A DNA stretch of 64,000 nt. Origin: an uncultured Pseudomonadota bacterium. Lineage in GTDB: Bacteria > Pseudomonadota > Alphaproteobacteria > Rs-D84 > CACZYB01. Below the pieces are notes generated by a model that worked only from the letters and a program-made list of their open reading frames with translations, ran no database searches and was not told the origin of the DNA. The stretch spans positions 8,865 through 72,864 of the forward strand of contig CACZYB010000005.1 of assembly GCA_902785275.1 (NCBI GenBank). Direction: 5' to 3'. The position numbers and the translations under genes are program-made. Of the stretch, positions 1-9,714 are shown one piece after another (the first letter of the stretch is position 1; each line of letters starts with the position of its first letter).

Positions 1-510
1 GATAATTCTTATAAGCTTTCCGATTTAATAAATCTTAATAAAATACCAGATAATGCATCTTTGAATATTAGATATTCTGTTTGTGGAATGAAATTACTTA
101 CAGAAACTGAATTAAATGAACAAAAAAAACATCTTGCTCAAGGAGGTAGCTTTATGGTTGGCAGGTCTGATTTTATTACCTATGCCTTTGAACAAAATGA
201 TAGTAATTTTACCTCATATCATGTTTGTAGAGATATAAAAAGAAGTTCTGATATTACGATAAAAAAATCAGATTTAGATAAATATTATTTCTATGTTGAT
301 GGGGGTGATCCAAGAATGAGTGCGACAGCTTGTCCTAAAGGAAATAATGGTATTAGAGGATACTTTTTTTACAATGGAGATGATGATAAACTTATTGATG
401 AATTTGATAATTGGGTAGAGAAAAATACAAAGATTGTAAAAGATGAAGATGGAGAAGATGTTGAATTAAGCCCAAATATTGATTTTTCATACGTAAAGTT
501 TGTTAAATAA
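1..510 (+). CDS. Hypothetical protein, C-terminal part (truncated by window start)
   Basis: Frame 1 is open from base 1 to TAA at 508-510; followed by a terminator; no family recognised. Confidence 0.7.
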   Translation, partial: DNSYKLSDLINLNKIPDNASLNIRYSVCGMKLLTETELNEQKKHLAQGGSFMVGRSDFITYAFEQNDSNFTSYHVCRDIKRSSDITIKKSDLDKYYFYVDGGDPRMSATACPKGNNGIRGYFFYNGDDDKLIDEFDNWVEKNTKIVKDEDGEDVELSPNIDFSYVKFVK

Positions 511-530
511 ATTTAAAATCATAATGATGT

Positions 531-562
531 AAAAAAATCCTCCATAAAACAGGAGGATTTTT
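531..562. terminator. Bidirectional intrinsic terminator
   Basis: AAAATCCTCC-ataaaaca-GGAGGATTTT between convergent genes. Confidence 0.8.
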
Positions 563-584
563 GATTTAAAGAGTAGGGGAAAAA

Positions 585-1514
585 CTATAATCTTGTCATC
601 TTTGTGAATTTTTCAATACGTTTTTCCTTTGCCTGTTTAGGTGTTTTTAAAAGCTTTTTAAGCTCAGCAGAAATCGCTTCTTTTACATTTGCAATAGTCT
701 GTTCCTTATCACGTTGAGCACCACCCACAGGTTCTTCGATAATATTATCAATGATTCCAAGTTCAAGCAAGTCATGTGATGTCATCTTTAATGCCTTTGT
801 CGCATCTTCTTTATGATCCTGACTTCTCCAAAGAATAGAAGCACATCCTTCCGGTGAAATAACCGAGTAAACTGAATTTTCAAGCATCATAACAGAGTTT
901 GCCACAGCAACAGCTATCGCCCCACCAGAACCACCTTCACCAATCACAACACAAATACTTGGAACATCCAAATCAAAACATTTCTGTATTGATGAAGCAA
1001 TTGCCTGTGCCTGACCTCGTGCTTCGGCATCTGCACCAGGGAAAGCACCAGCAGTATCAACCAAGAAAATAACAGGAAGCTTGAATCTGTTTGCAAGATC
1101 CATCAAACGAATTGCCTTTCTGTAACCTTCTGGTTTTGACATACCAAAGTTGTGTTTAAGACGTGTTTCTGTATCGTGACCTTTTTCTTGTCCAATAACC
1201 ATAACAGGAGTATTGTTAAGATATCCCATGCCGCCGATAATCGCATTATCATCAGCAAACATTCTGTCGCCAGAAAGTTCAATAAAGCCATCAATCATAT
1301 TGTTGATATAGTCAATGGCATGTGGACGATCAGGGTGTCTTGCAACCTGTACACGATTCCATGACGAAAGATTAGAGTAAATTTTTTCTAACTCTTCATC
1401 TCTTTTTTCAGAAAGTTTTTTTATTTTTTTTGTATCGGGCTTCTTTTCGTCTTGAAGCTCTTTAATTTTTGCATCCAATTCTTTTATATCTTTTTCAAAA
1501 TCTAAATAAATCAT
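585..1514 (-). CDS. accA: Acetyl-CoA carboxylase carboxyltransferase alpha subunit
   Basis: YLDFEK start, ARHPDRP, FGMSKPEGYRKA, GEGGSGGA, YSVISPEGCASILW. Confidence 0.97.
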   Translation of the reverse strand: MIYLDFEKDIKELDAKIKELQDEKKPDTKKIKKLSEKRDEELEKIYSNLSSWNRVQVARHPDRPHAIDYINNMIDGFIELSGDRMFADDNAIIGGMGYLNNTPVMVIGQEKGHDTETRLKHNFGMSKPEGYRKAIRLMDLANRFKLPVIFLVDTAGAFPGADAEARGQAQAIASSIQKCFDLDVPSICVVIGEGGSGGAIAVAVANSVMMLENSVYSVISPEGCASILWRSQDHKEDATKALKMTSHDLLELGIIDNIIEEPVGGAQRDKEQTIANVKEAISAELKKLLKTPKQAKEKRIEKFTKMTRL

Positions 1515-1523
1515 TTTCGATTC

Positions 1524-2378
1524 CTATTTGTTGTGCATAAGCATTGTAAGTACGTTTGCCAAAGTTTCTTTTAAATCTTTTCTGTGAACAACGATATCAA
1601 CCATTCCTTGATCCTTTAAATATTCCGCAGTCTGGAATTCAGGAGGAAGTTTTTGTTTAATTGTTTGTTCAATAACACGTTTTCCAGCAAAACCAATAAG
1701 TGCTCCTTTTTCTGCAATATGAATATCTCCAAGCATTGCAAATGATGCGGAAACACCACCCATTGTTGGGTTTGCAAATATTACGATATAAGGAAGCCCT
1801 GCATCGCGAACTTTGTTTATTGCCATAGTTGTTCTTGCCATTTGCATAAGTGATAACATACTTTCTTGCATTCTTGCACCACCAGAAGCAGGAATTGCAA
1901 CCAAAGCAGCATTCTTTTTTACAGCCAATTCAGAAGCTTTGATAATTGCTTCACCAACGTATGTTCCCATACTTCCACCCATAAATTCAAAATTAAAGGC
2001 AAAAATAACAGTATCTTGACCACCAACTTTACCATATGCAACAGCAATAGCATCATCAGCCTTAGTTGCACTTCTATATTGAGAAAGTCTGTCTTTATAC
2101 TTTTTTAAATCCTTAAAATTCAATGGATCTTCTTTTACTTTGTTAAGTTCAACTTTTGTATATTTGCCATCATCAAAAAGACTTTCAAATCTGTCATCAA
2201 TTTGTAAAAAAAGATGATAGTCACATTTTGTGCAAACATTAAGATGATTATGCAAATCTTTTCTATACATCAATGTCCCGCATTTAGGGCATGGAAGCCA
2301 CATATTTTCAGGAACATCCTTTATTTTTGAAAACATTGTTTTTATTTTTGGTCGTAAGACACTATTAAGCCAATTCAA
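1524..2378 (-). CDS. accD: Acetyl-CoA carboxylase carboxyltransferase beta subunit; start reassigned to TTG at 2378
   Basis: Zn ribbon CPKC..CTKC, FMGGSMG, SGGARMQE, GFAGKRVIEQT; AGGAG Shine-Dalgarno before TTG-AAT-TGG gives the alpha-type MNWL start. Confidence 0.96.
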   Translation of the reverse strand: MNWLNSVLRPKIKTMFSKIKDVPENMWLPCPKCGTLMYRKDLHNHLNVCTKCDYHLFLQIDDRFESLFDDGKYTKVELNKVKEDPLNFKDLKKYKDRLSQYRSATKADDAIAVAYGKVGGQDTVIFAFNFEFMGGSMGTYVGEAIIKASELAVKKNAALVAIPASGGARMQESMLSLMQMARTTMAINKVRDAGLPYIVIFANPTMGGVSASFAMLGDIHIAEKGALIGFAGKRVIEQTIKQKLPPEFQTAEYLKDQGMVDIVVHRKDLKETLANVLTMLMHNK

Positions 2379-2379
2379 T

Positions 2380-2616
2380 TTAAAGCTCCTTTTTCTTTTT
2401 AAATGATCTTGTTTTGTTATAAACTTTGTTTGCCAATACCCCAGCAATAAATGAAATAAATGCAAGTATTATTGTATAAAGGTATACAGGCATTTCAATT
2501 CCCATTTTTATAGGAAAAACATTAAGTACTACAGGATTCTTATTTTCTGTTGAAAACAAGAATATTAAGAAAAATAGACCCCCGAGGAAAATCCAGTTTA
2601 TTAAATATTTTATCAT
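2380..2616 (-). CDS. LapA-like (DUF1049) small membrane protein
   Basis: Two hydrophobic segments around F..EN..PV.L..FP; directly downstream of ihfB, the usual lapA position. Confidence 0.65.
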   Translation of the reverse strand: MIKYLINWIFLGGLFFLIFLFSTENKNPVVLNVFPIKMGIEMPVYLYTIILAFISFIAGVLANKVYNKTRSFKKKKEL

Positions 2617-2626
2617 TTTTTTCTTT

Positions 2627-2911
2627 TTATATCTTGTTATTTATCTTTTCTGCAAGAAGTTTACCAGCTTTAAACTTTACAGAAACTCTTTCTGGAAGGT
2701 TGATTTTTGCGCCACCTTTAGGGTTGCTTGCCATTTTAGGAGCAAGTTTTTTAGGAGAGAATACCCCAAAACCCCTAAGTTCAATTCTGTGGCCATCAGC
2801 CAAAGATGATGAAATTTTATCAGTTAATATATCAACAATCTTTTCAATATCACGAATTAAAAGATTACCTTTTTTTTGATATATAAGTTTTATAATATCA
2901 CTTCTAGTCAT
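2627..2911 (-). CDS. ihfB: Integration host factor beta subunit
   Basis: MTRSDII..., RIELRGFGVF, NPKGG, VKFKAGKLL. Confidence 0.88.
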   Translation of the reverse strand: MTRSDIIKLIYQKKGNLLIRDIEKIVDILTDKISSSLADGHRIELRGFGVFSPKKLAPKMASNPKGGAKINLPERVSVKFKAGKLLAEKINNKI

Positions 2912-2981
2912 TTTTTTTCCTAATCTAAGGTTTGTTCATGCAATATTAAAGCAATTATTTTTAGTTTTTTCAAGTACTTTA

Positions 2982-4070
2982 TTAACCCATCGCACTTTGA
3001 ACCTGATTTTGCATATCAAATACGCCTAAAAGAACCCATGCAATAACACCAGAAACAAGCAAAAGAGCAAAGGAATTCAAAATACCGGCTTCCTTTTTTA
3101 TATTTGCAATACTTGATTCAAGATATTCTGTTGCAACACCGTTCAAAGCTTCTTCAAAATTATCAAGTTCTGAATAAATTTCCAAATCACCAATAAGTTC
3201 ATCTTCTGGGAAATGCATATTACTCTTTTTCAATGCAGTTCCAAGGTTATCACCGTTTTTAATAAACATTAATGCTTTATCAATTCTTTCTTTCAAGTAA
3301 GGGTTTGCATTCTGACGAAGAGATTGCATAGATCTTGCAATAGGTGTTCCAGATTCGACCAATGCAGCCAAACTCATAAGCCAAGACACGCCACTGAACA
3401 TTCTGTAAAGAGACCAAGGTGGCATTTTATCAAATGTTACACGTAGTGGACCTGTGAAGTTTGAAAATGAAAAATAAATTGCACCTATAACTCCCGCCAA
3501 AGCAAGAGGAAATGTCCACCAATAAACTCTAACAAATCCTGATAATGCCACCAAACTTTTTGCACTTCCTGTCCATTGGGCATTTTTTGCAAATTCCAAA
3601 AGAGGAGGAACCATATATATACCAACACCAACAACGATAACCATACTAAGTATCATCATCATAACAGGGTAAGTAACCGCACTAACCAATGGTTGTATAA
3701 TTCTGTTTGAACCTTCGGAAACCTTAATAACGTTAATCAACGCTTTTTCCAACTTTGACACATCACCAACAGAAAGCATCAATTTTTCACGCATAGGAGC
3801 CCAACCTTCAATAGCTGATGAGAAAGGAAGACCTTTTTCCAATTCTTTTGACCAAGCAGCAACAGCAATAGCCATAGGTTCATCAACATTCTGGCCATCT
3901 TTTGACTCAATCATCCATATACGATCAAGTGCATCCATCAATGTAAATCTGTTTCTTAAAAGCGCAGCCAATTTATAATAAATTTGAAGACGTTTTTCAT
4001 TGTTCATCAACACCATAATTTGTGAAGCTTTTAATAACAATTCATTCTTTGGAATCCTTTTTTCAGCCAT
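2982..4070 (-). CDS. pilR: Type IVb pilus inner-membrane platform protein (PilR-like, T2SSF family)
   Basis: T2SSF repeats, YP motif before a TM helix, PPWSLYRMFSG.SWL.SLAAL..SG; follows the ATPase. Confidence 0.82.
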   Translation of the reverse strand: MAEKRIPKNELLLKASQIMVLMNNEKRLQIYYKLAALLRNRFTLMDALDRIWMIESKDGQNVDEPMAIAVAAWSKELEKGLPFSSAIEGWAPMREKLMLSVGDVSKLEKALINVIKVSEGSNRIIQPLVSAVTYPVMMMILSMVIVVGVGIYMVPPLLEFAKNAQWTGSAKSLVALSGFVRVYWWTFPLALAGVIGAIYFSFSNFTGPLRVTFDKMPPWSLYRMFSGVSWLMSLAALVESGTPIARSMQSLRQNANPYLKERIDKALMFIKNGDNLGTALKKSNMHFPEDELIGDLEIYSELDNFEEALNGVATEYLESSIANIKKEAGILNSFALLLVSGVIAWVLLGVFDMQNQVQSAMG

Positions 4071-4081
4071 AAATCAACCTC

Positions 4082-5695
4082 CTAGTAAACAGCATCGGTA
4101 TCAAGCATACCGCACCATCTTTCTACTTCATCAACCGCAATTATACCTCTAAGCATTTTTCCAATAGCATCTTCCTTAAGAGTTCTTCCACTAAGTTCAT
4201 TAGTCCAATAATGAACTGCCTCACCTTTACTTCCAGAAACAAGTTTTTCCAAAAACTTTGCATCAGGAATAATAATTTCTGCAGCAACAATACGACCAAC
4301 AATACCTTTTTTATTACAAAATGGACAACCAGGTCCCTTTATATAGGATTGCTCTATACCATATTTACCCAAAGCTCTTTCCAATCTTGCATATGCAGGA
4401 TGTTCAGGATGATCCTTGATTGGTTGACGACATTTAGGGCAAAGCTTTTTGAAAAGTCGTTGAGATAACAATCCACGGATAAGTTCAGGATCCTTTAATT
4501 TAAATGCATCAATTCCCATATCCAAAAGTCTGTTAACAATAGCAGGTGCAGAGTTAGCGTGAAGTGTTGACCAAACATTGTGTCCAGAAAGAGCTGCCTT
4601 AAAGGTCAACTCTGCAGAAGAAAGGGTTCTGATTTCTCCGACCATAATTGCATCAGGGTCAGAACGAAGAGATGCAGCCAAAGCAAGGTTAAACGCATTT
4701 TCCTTTTCTTCTTCTGTTGTCGCATTGGTAACAGGCATTTGTCTTGCACCTGGAATAGGGTATTCAGGAGGATCTTCCACTGTTATAAGATTAAGTTCAT
4801 AATTCTTTTCCTTAAGCATCTTAATCATAACACGCTGTAATGTTGTTGATTTACCAGAACCGGTAGGACCAGCGATTATACAAAGTCCTGTTGGAAAAGA
4901 ACGCATTCTTAAAAGCTTATCATCTTCGTAATCCGAAAATCCTAATTCTTTTAGGTTATCTGCAGAAGATGTTGAAGAATTTGCATACAAAAGTCGCATA
5001 ACAAGGTATCTTGTACCGAATGCAATAGGGTTAAACTGAAGTCGAATAGAAAGCACGTTTTCAGGCAAATATAAATCCTTTTCACCACGAAGAGGTGTAC
5101 TACCTAATTTCTGTCCGGCCTGGAATTCATTCTGTGCATAGTTTGAATCTGAAATATCGGCAGATGCGAAAACAGAACGAACGAAAGCTTCTCCCCAATT
5201 TTTATCATATTCAAGAATTGTTTGCATACTACCTGCAATTCTGAACATAACAGTAGTATGGTCCGCAACAACAACGTGAATATCGGAAACCCTTTGTTCA
5301 GAAGCGCGATAAATAATATCAACGAAATCCTTCTGCATTTGGTTGTTCGACATTGCGTCTTCTTTTGATACAGTTGAAGTATCTGTTTTTATCGCAGTCG
5401 AATAAATGGTATTTAACAAACTCATCGCAACATAAGTTGGTCTGTTAATAACACCACCTTTCTTTCTAACCAAAGACTGGAAGCTTAAAACTCTACCATC
5501 AAATTTATGAGTGTTAGATACAAGAAATGTTCCATCAGAAAACAATGCAAGCAAACTTTGTGTATCTGTACCAACAGGAAATTTTCCGTTTGGACCAGAT
5601 TCTAACTTATTATTATTCGCAAAAAGTTTTGCAGCAGCATCCTTAGGATTCATACCTTCATAAGGATTTTCTTGCTCTAATACTTCATCACTCAT
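4082..5695 (-). CDS. pilQ: Type IVb pilus assembly ATPase (PilQ-like, GspE/PilB family)
   Basis: SDIH, Walker A GPTGSGKSTT, TVEDPPEY, RSDPDAIMVGEIR, STLHANS, Zn motifs CPKC and GCPFC. Confidence 0.9.
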   Translation of the reverse strand: MSDEVLEQENPYEGMNPKDAAAKLFANNNKLESGPNGKFPVGTDTQSLLALFSDGTFLVSNTHKFDGRVLSFQSLVRKKGGVINRPTYVAMSLLNTIYSTAIKTDTSTVSKEDAMSNNQMQKDFVDIIYRASEQRVSDIHVVVADHTTVMFRIAGSMQTILEYDKNWGEAFVRSVFASADISDSNYAQNEFQAGQKLGSTPLRGEKDLYLPENVLSIRLQFNPIAFGTRYLVMRLLYANSSTSSADNLKELGFSDYEDDKLLRMRSFPTGLCIIAGPTGSGKSTTLQRVMIKMLKEKNYELNLITVEDPPEYPIPGARQMPVTNATTEEEKENAFNLALAASLRSDPDAIMVGEIRTLSSAELTFKAALSGHNVWSTLHANSAPAIVNRLLDMGIDAFKLKDPELIRGLLSQRLFKKLCPKCRQPIKDHPEHPAYARLERALGKYGIEQSYIKGPGCPFCNKKGIVGRIVAAEIIIPDAKFLEKLVSGSKGEAVHYWTNELSGRTLKEDAIGKMLRGIIAVDEVERWCGMLDTDAVY

Positions 5696-5705
5696 TTTTC
5701 ATACC

Positions 5706-6626
5706 TTAGTTAAGATTCATAACTTTTATCTTACTACCATTCTTCAAAAGAACACTTGTTCCTCTGATATCTTCAACAACCCATTGATCAATAACAGAAC
5801 CTTTCTTAACTTTGAAAGTAGTTTTCTTTTCTGTGTTTTCAACGTTTGCAACCAAGTTACCACCAGCACCAATAATAGATTTAACAGTATACTTTTCTTC
5901 AAAAGGAGTTTCTTCCTTTTCTTTTTGAGCAATACCAGCACCCAAACCATTACTTTGGATAGATTTACCTGTTGATAAGCTCATAAGAGTAGTTAAAGCC
6001 TTAACATCTTCTGGATTTGTTAAATCAGCATTATTTATCTTTTCAAGGAGCTTTTTGTTTATTTCTTCTTCTTGATTCTTTTTCTTCTTTTCTTCAGCAT
6101 CCTTTTCATCTTGTTGCTTTTGCTTCTTTATTTCTTCAGCCAACTTTCTTTCTTGTTCTTGTTGTTTAATCTTTCTCTGTCTTGCATCTTCTTCAGCACC
6201 AGCAGCAATTTTTTTCTTTTCAGCCTTTTGTTTTTCCAAATCAAGCTTAAGTTTTCCTTGCTCAATTTTAAGTTTCATAAGAGCATTTTCTCTTTCAATA
6301 TTTGAAATCTGTTGGAAAGTATTTGCAGTAATATCATCTAACTTATACATTCCATCAGGATCATCCAAACCTTTTTCATTTTCATAAAGTTCATCTGAAC
6401 CATATCCTTCTTCAAATTCTTCATCTGAAATTTCTGGCTCTTCTGAAGTTTCTTCACTAGCTTCATCATTTTCTTCTGCGCCTGCATCATCGCTATTATC
6501 TTCTTCTTCGATATATTCTTCTTCATCAGATTCGCTTTGAGCAAAAACCTTTGTTGAATTATTAAAAGTAAATGCAAAAGAAAGCATAATAAGCAATAAT
6601 AATAATTTATTTGAATTTTGTTTCAT
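5706..6626 (-). CDS. PilP-like type IVb pilus accessory protein with acidic and coiled-coil N-terminal extension
   Basis: Signal peptide; C-terminal beta domain VKSIIGAGGNLVANV...VKKG.VIDQWVVEDI; lies between pilO and pilQ. Confidence 0.6.
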   Translation of the reverse strand: MKQNSNKLLLLLIMLSFAFTFNNSTKVFAQSESDEEEYIEEEDNSDDAGAEENDEASEETSEEPEISDEEFEEGYGSDELYENEKGLDDPDGMYKLDDITANTFQQISNIERENALMKLKIEQGKLKLDLEKQKAEKKKIAAGAEEDARQRKIKQQEQERKLAEEIKKQKQQDEKDAEEKKKKNQEEEINKKLLEKINNADLTNPEDVKALTTLMSLSTGKSIQSNGLGAGIAQKEKEETPFEEKYTVKSIIGAGGNLVANVENTEKKTTFKVKKGSVIDQWVVEDIRGTSVLLKNGSKIKVMNLN

Positions 6627-6667
6627 TTTTCCCTCTCCTTACAAAATTTTACTTTGTTATACTAACA

Positions 6668-8152
6668 CTATTTTTTTTCATTCGTAGTTCCAACAGGTGC
6701 CGGAGCAACATTTGTACCATTTGCACCGCCAGTAGGTGTTTGTGCCGCAACTGGCGTATTTGTTACTGGAACGTTTATCCCAGTTCCAGCAGTATTTCCT
6801 GCATTCTGCTGTTCAGTAGTTGCAGGTTTATTTTTTTCTTCTTCAGCTTTTTTCTTTGCTTCTTCATCTTTTTTAATTTGTTCAGGTGTAAGTTCATAAA
6901 CTTTACCAGCATATTCCCAATAATGCTTTTTTTCATTCCAAACGATAGAGTCTATTTCAACACCGTTCACATCTTTCAAAAGCTTTACCCAGCTTAAAGG
7001 AAGTCTGTAAGCAACATCTGTGAATTTAAAACTTGTGTATGGATAATTTCCTGAATATGAAGGATTTTTTGGATCCTTTACCACAGTAGTCTTATTTTCA
7101 AGCTTTAATCCAGAAATCTTCAAAGAATGAAATATACCGTTCAATTTCTTTTGAATTTCCATCTTTTGTAAATTTGGCTTTGAAGATATATGCTTCATAG
7201 AAGGTATAGGTAATATACCAAGTATAGTATTATAAGCACTATCACTTGCCGAAAGTTTCATATTTTTAGATAGAGCGCCAAATTTTTGTGCTTCAAAAAT
7301 CCAACCGGCACTACCATAAGTTCTCTTCCAAACAGAAGATAATTGCTTTTCCTTACATGTCGAATCTTGCAAATTCCAACCAGGAACAGTTGCAGTAGAA
7401 TTAACAATAAGAACAGTACACTTTTTGGCAAAATCCTCTGGATCAACCAACATCTCCCATGGAGCAGGAGGTGGAGGAGGTGGAGGTGGAGGAGGCATAG
7501 ATTTTCTTATCTGTTCCAATCTCTTCTGTTCTAAAAGCTTTCTTCTAAGTTCAGCCTTTTCCTTTTGTTTTGATTGATATTGCCATGCAACAAAACCAAC
7601 CAAAGCAAGTATTAAAATGTTTTTTGTAAGATTACTATCAAGCTTTCTCAAATCTATGGCTTGACCACGAGCAAGCAAGTCTTCTGCAGACATTTCTGTG
7701 GTTTCATCAATTCCCCAGCTTGCAGGAGCAATCTTATATCCCCAATCTGGGATAGAAAGCATAGATTCGAATGCTTCTTTTGCATCATTTTCATCAGTGT
7801 AAATAGTATCTTCTTCGGAAAGAATAAGGTTATTTCTGATAGTTATAAACCACCAACCTTCTTTAACCTTAAATACACATATTGCAGATGATTTGTCTCT
7901 AAGTGCATTAGCTATACCAGAAGCACCTGATGGCATACCAGCCTTTTGACCATAGGATGTGTAACCCAAACCGTATTGAGTAGCAGCACCCTTTTTCAAA
8001 CAGTAAAGATTTGCATTAGTAACAACAGTCTGAATAGTTGCCTTAATTTCTTTAAGGTAATTTTTTTCATCCTGCACAGGCTGCCAGAACAAACCTACCG
8101 CATAGGTTTTACCAGCAACTTCAATGGTTTTTATTTCTTTACTTTTAGCCAA
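6668..8152 (-). CDS. pilO: Type IVb pilus accessory protein PilO-like (TTG start)
   Basis: N-terminal YAVGLFWQP motif, central TM helix, Pro-rich linker then PW and VPGWNL; position after the secretin. Confidence 0.75.
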   Translation of the reverse strand: MAKSKEIKTIEVAGKTYAVGLFWQPVQDEKNYLKEIKATIQTVVTNANLYCLKKGAATQYGLGYTSYGQKAGMPSGASGIANALRDKSSAICVFKVKEGWWFITIRNNLILSEEDTIYTDENDAKEAFESMLSIPDWGYKIAPASWGIDETTEMSAEDLLARGQAIDLRKLDSNLTKNILILALVGFVAWQYQSKQKEKAELRRKLLEQKRLEQIRKSMPPPPPPPPPPAPWEMLVDPEDFAKKCTVLIVNSTATVPGWNLQDSTCKEKQLSSVWKRTYGSAGWIFEAQKFGALSKNMKLSASDSAYNTILGILPIPSMKHISSKPNLQKMEIQKKLNGIFHSLKISGLKLENKTTVVKDPKNPSYSGNYPYTSFKFTDVAYRLPLSWVKLLKDVNGVEIDSIVWNEKKHYWEYAGKVYELTPEQIKKDEEAKKKAEEEKNKPATTEQQNAGNTAGTGINVPVTNTPVAAQTPTGGANGTNVAPAPVGTTNEKK

Positions 8153-8175
8153 TTTTACCCCTCAATAAAATTTTT

Positions 8176-9714
8176 TTAGTAGCTTGGCATACCCCACTCG
8201 CTATTAGAATTTTCTTCTGTATCAAGTGGTGATGTTATCACTTGAGGTGTTAACATAACAACCAAGATTTCACGTTGTGTTTCTGTCTTTTGAGAACCAC
8301 CAACATAAGTAAATGTATTTGAACCCAAACCATTACTTGAATTAGAGTTAGAAATCTTTTCAAATCCAGTAAGCACAGCTGTTTGACCAGATTCCATAAC
8401 AATTTCTTGCATAAAGTTTCTTTGGGCAATCTTTGGAAGTTGAACCGCTGTACTTCCGATAACCTTGTTTTCAACTTCAATAAGTTCCTTCAAAGACATA
8501 TTGAACATAAGCATCAACTTACCATTTTCAAGAATATTTGGCATAAGTTGCATACTAAATCCAACAGATTCTTCTTGTGGAGTAACTTCTGTTGTTGAAT
8601 TTGTGTTTTCAGTCAAAGTAGAAATACTACTGATGTACTTGAATGTCTGGATGTTGTTAATTGGAACAACACGATTGTTTCTAGCAGTAACAACAGCAGA
8701 TGTAACAAGTGAAGTTTTACCTTGACTTGACAAAGCTTTAATTGCAGCAGATGTTGGATTATCTTCTGTTCCAGCCCACTTTGACTTTGCTCCTTCAAGT
8801 ATAGCAAATGACAAACCATCAGCAGCAGTATTAGATGTCGATGTTTTCAATACATAGCTTGAGTCGAACAAAGCACTTAAATTCAAACCAAAATTATTAT
8901 CCTTTGAAACAGAAACTTGAAGAACTTTAACTGTAATAGCAACTTGCTTTACAAATCTTCTGTTTTGTTCTTTTATATATGATTCTACTTTCTGTAATGT
9001 CTTAGGAGAAGCAGTTACAGTAACCGAACTTGTAGAAGGGGACATCTTAACTTCACCTTCTTTTACTATTGTCTTAAGAACATCAGCCATTTCAGCCCAT
9101 TCTTTTATAGCAGCAGTAGTAGATAAAGTAGCCGAACCTTCACTTCCAGATGAAATACTTGAAGTATATGATGCTTCAGTAGCCAATGTATAAACTACAA
9201 AAGTTCTTGTCTTGAATTTATAGAACACAATCTTTCCACCTTCGTATGCCCAACTTAAGTTAGCCTTTAATGCCAACATATTCAAAAGGCCAGAAAGTGA
9301 ACCTGTATATGAAACACTCATATCTTTTAAGTCATCTTTTTTGATTGAGTCTTCTATTTGTACAGAAATACCAGTTAAATAGAATATCTGGTTTGTAATT
9401 TCATTGAAAGAAACTTCTGATTCGGTCATCAATGTGATACCTTCATCAGATTCGAATTGTTTTGGAAGAGGATCATTATGTTCTGCAACGAAACTTGAAT
9501 CACCAAGCCAAATATCATCACTTACAGAAATAATATCCTTATTTATTGGTTTTCCAGGAACTTTTGCTCTGTCCAAAGCATCTTGAGTAGTATCAAAATC
9601 ATTAGAAACGGAACTTGACACATCCTGAGCCATTTCTTTGTTATATAAACATCCAGTTAAAGCACCGCTCAAAGCAAGAACTGTTAAAAGAACTTTTTTA
9701 CTAATTTGCATCAT
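8176..9714 (-). CDS. pilN: Lipoprotein secretin, PilN/BfpB/TcpC type
   Basis: Lipobox LTGC; secretin C-domain (ALSSQGK, VLTGFE, EILVVMLTPQV); GGAGG Shine-Dalgarno before ATG 9714 (9711 also possible). Confidence 0.85.
   Translation of the reverse strand: MMQISKKVLLTVLALSGALTGCLYNKEMAQDVSSSVSNDFDTTQDALDRAKVPGKPINKDIISVSDDIWLGDSSFVAEHNDPLPKQFESDEGITLMTESEVSFNEITNQIFYLTGISVQIEDSIKKDDLKDMSVSYTGSLSGLLNMLALKANLSWAYEGGKIVFYKFKTRTFVVYTLATEASYTSSISSGSEGSATLSTTAAIKEWAEMADVLKTIVKEGEVKMSPSTSSVTVTASPKTLQKVESYIKEQNRRFVKQVAITVKVLQVSVSKDNNFGLNLSALFDSSYVLKTSTSNTAADGLSFAILEGAKSKWAGTEDNPTSAAIKALSSQGKTSLVTSAVVTARNNRVVPINNIQTFKYISSISTLTENTNSTTEVTPQEESVGFSMQLMPNILENGKLMLMFNMSLKELIEVENKVIGSTAVQLPKIAQRNFMQEIVMESGQTAVLTGFEKISNSNSSNGLGSNTFTYVGGSQKTETQREILVVMLTPQVITSPLDTEENSNSEWGMPSY

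Noticed and set aside
2379-2465. N-terminal extension of accD in the ORF track
   Set aside because: Overlaps the lapA-like gene; the Shine-Dalgarno and the MNWL consensus support TTG at 2378
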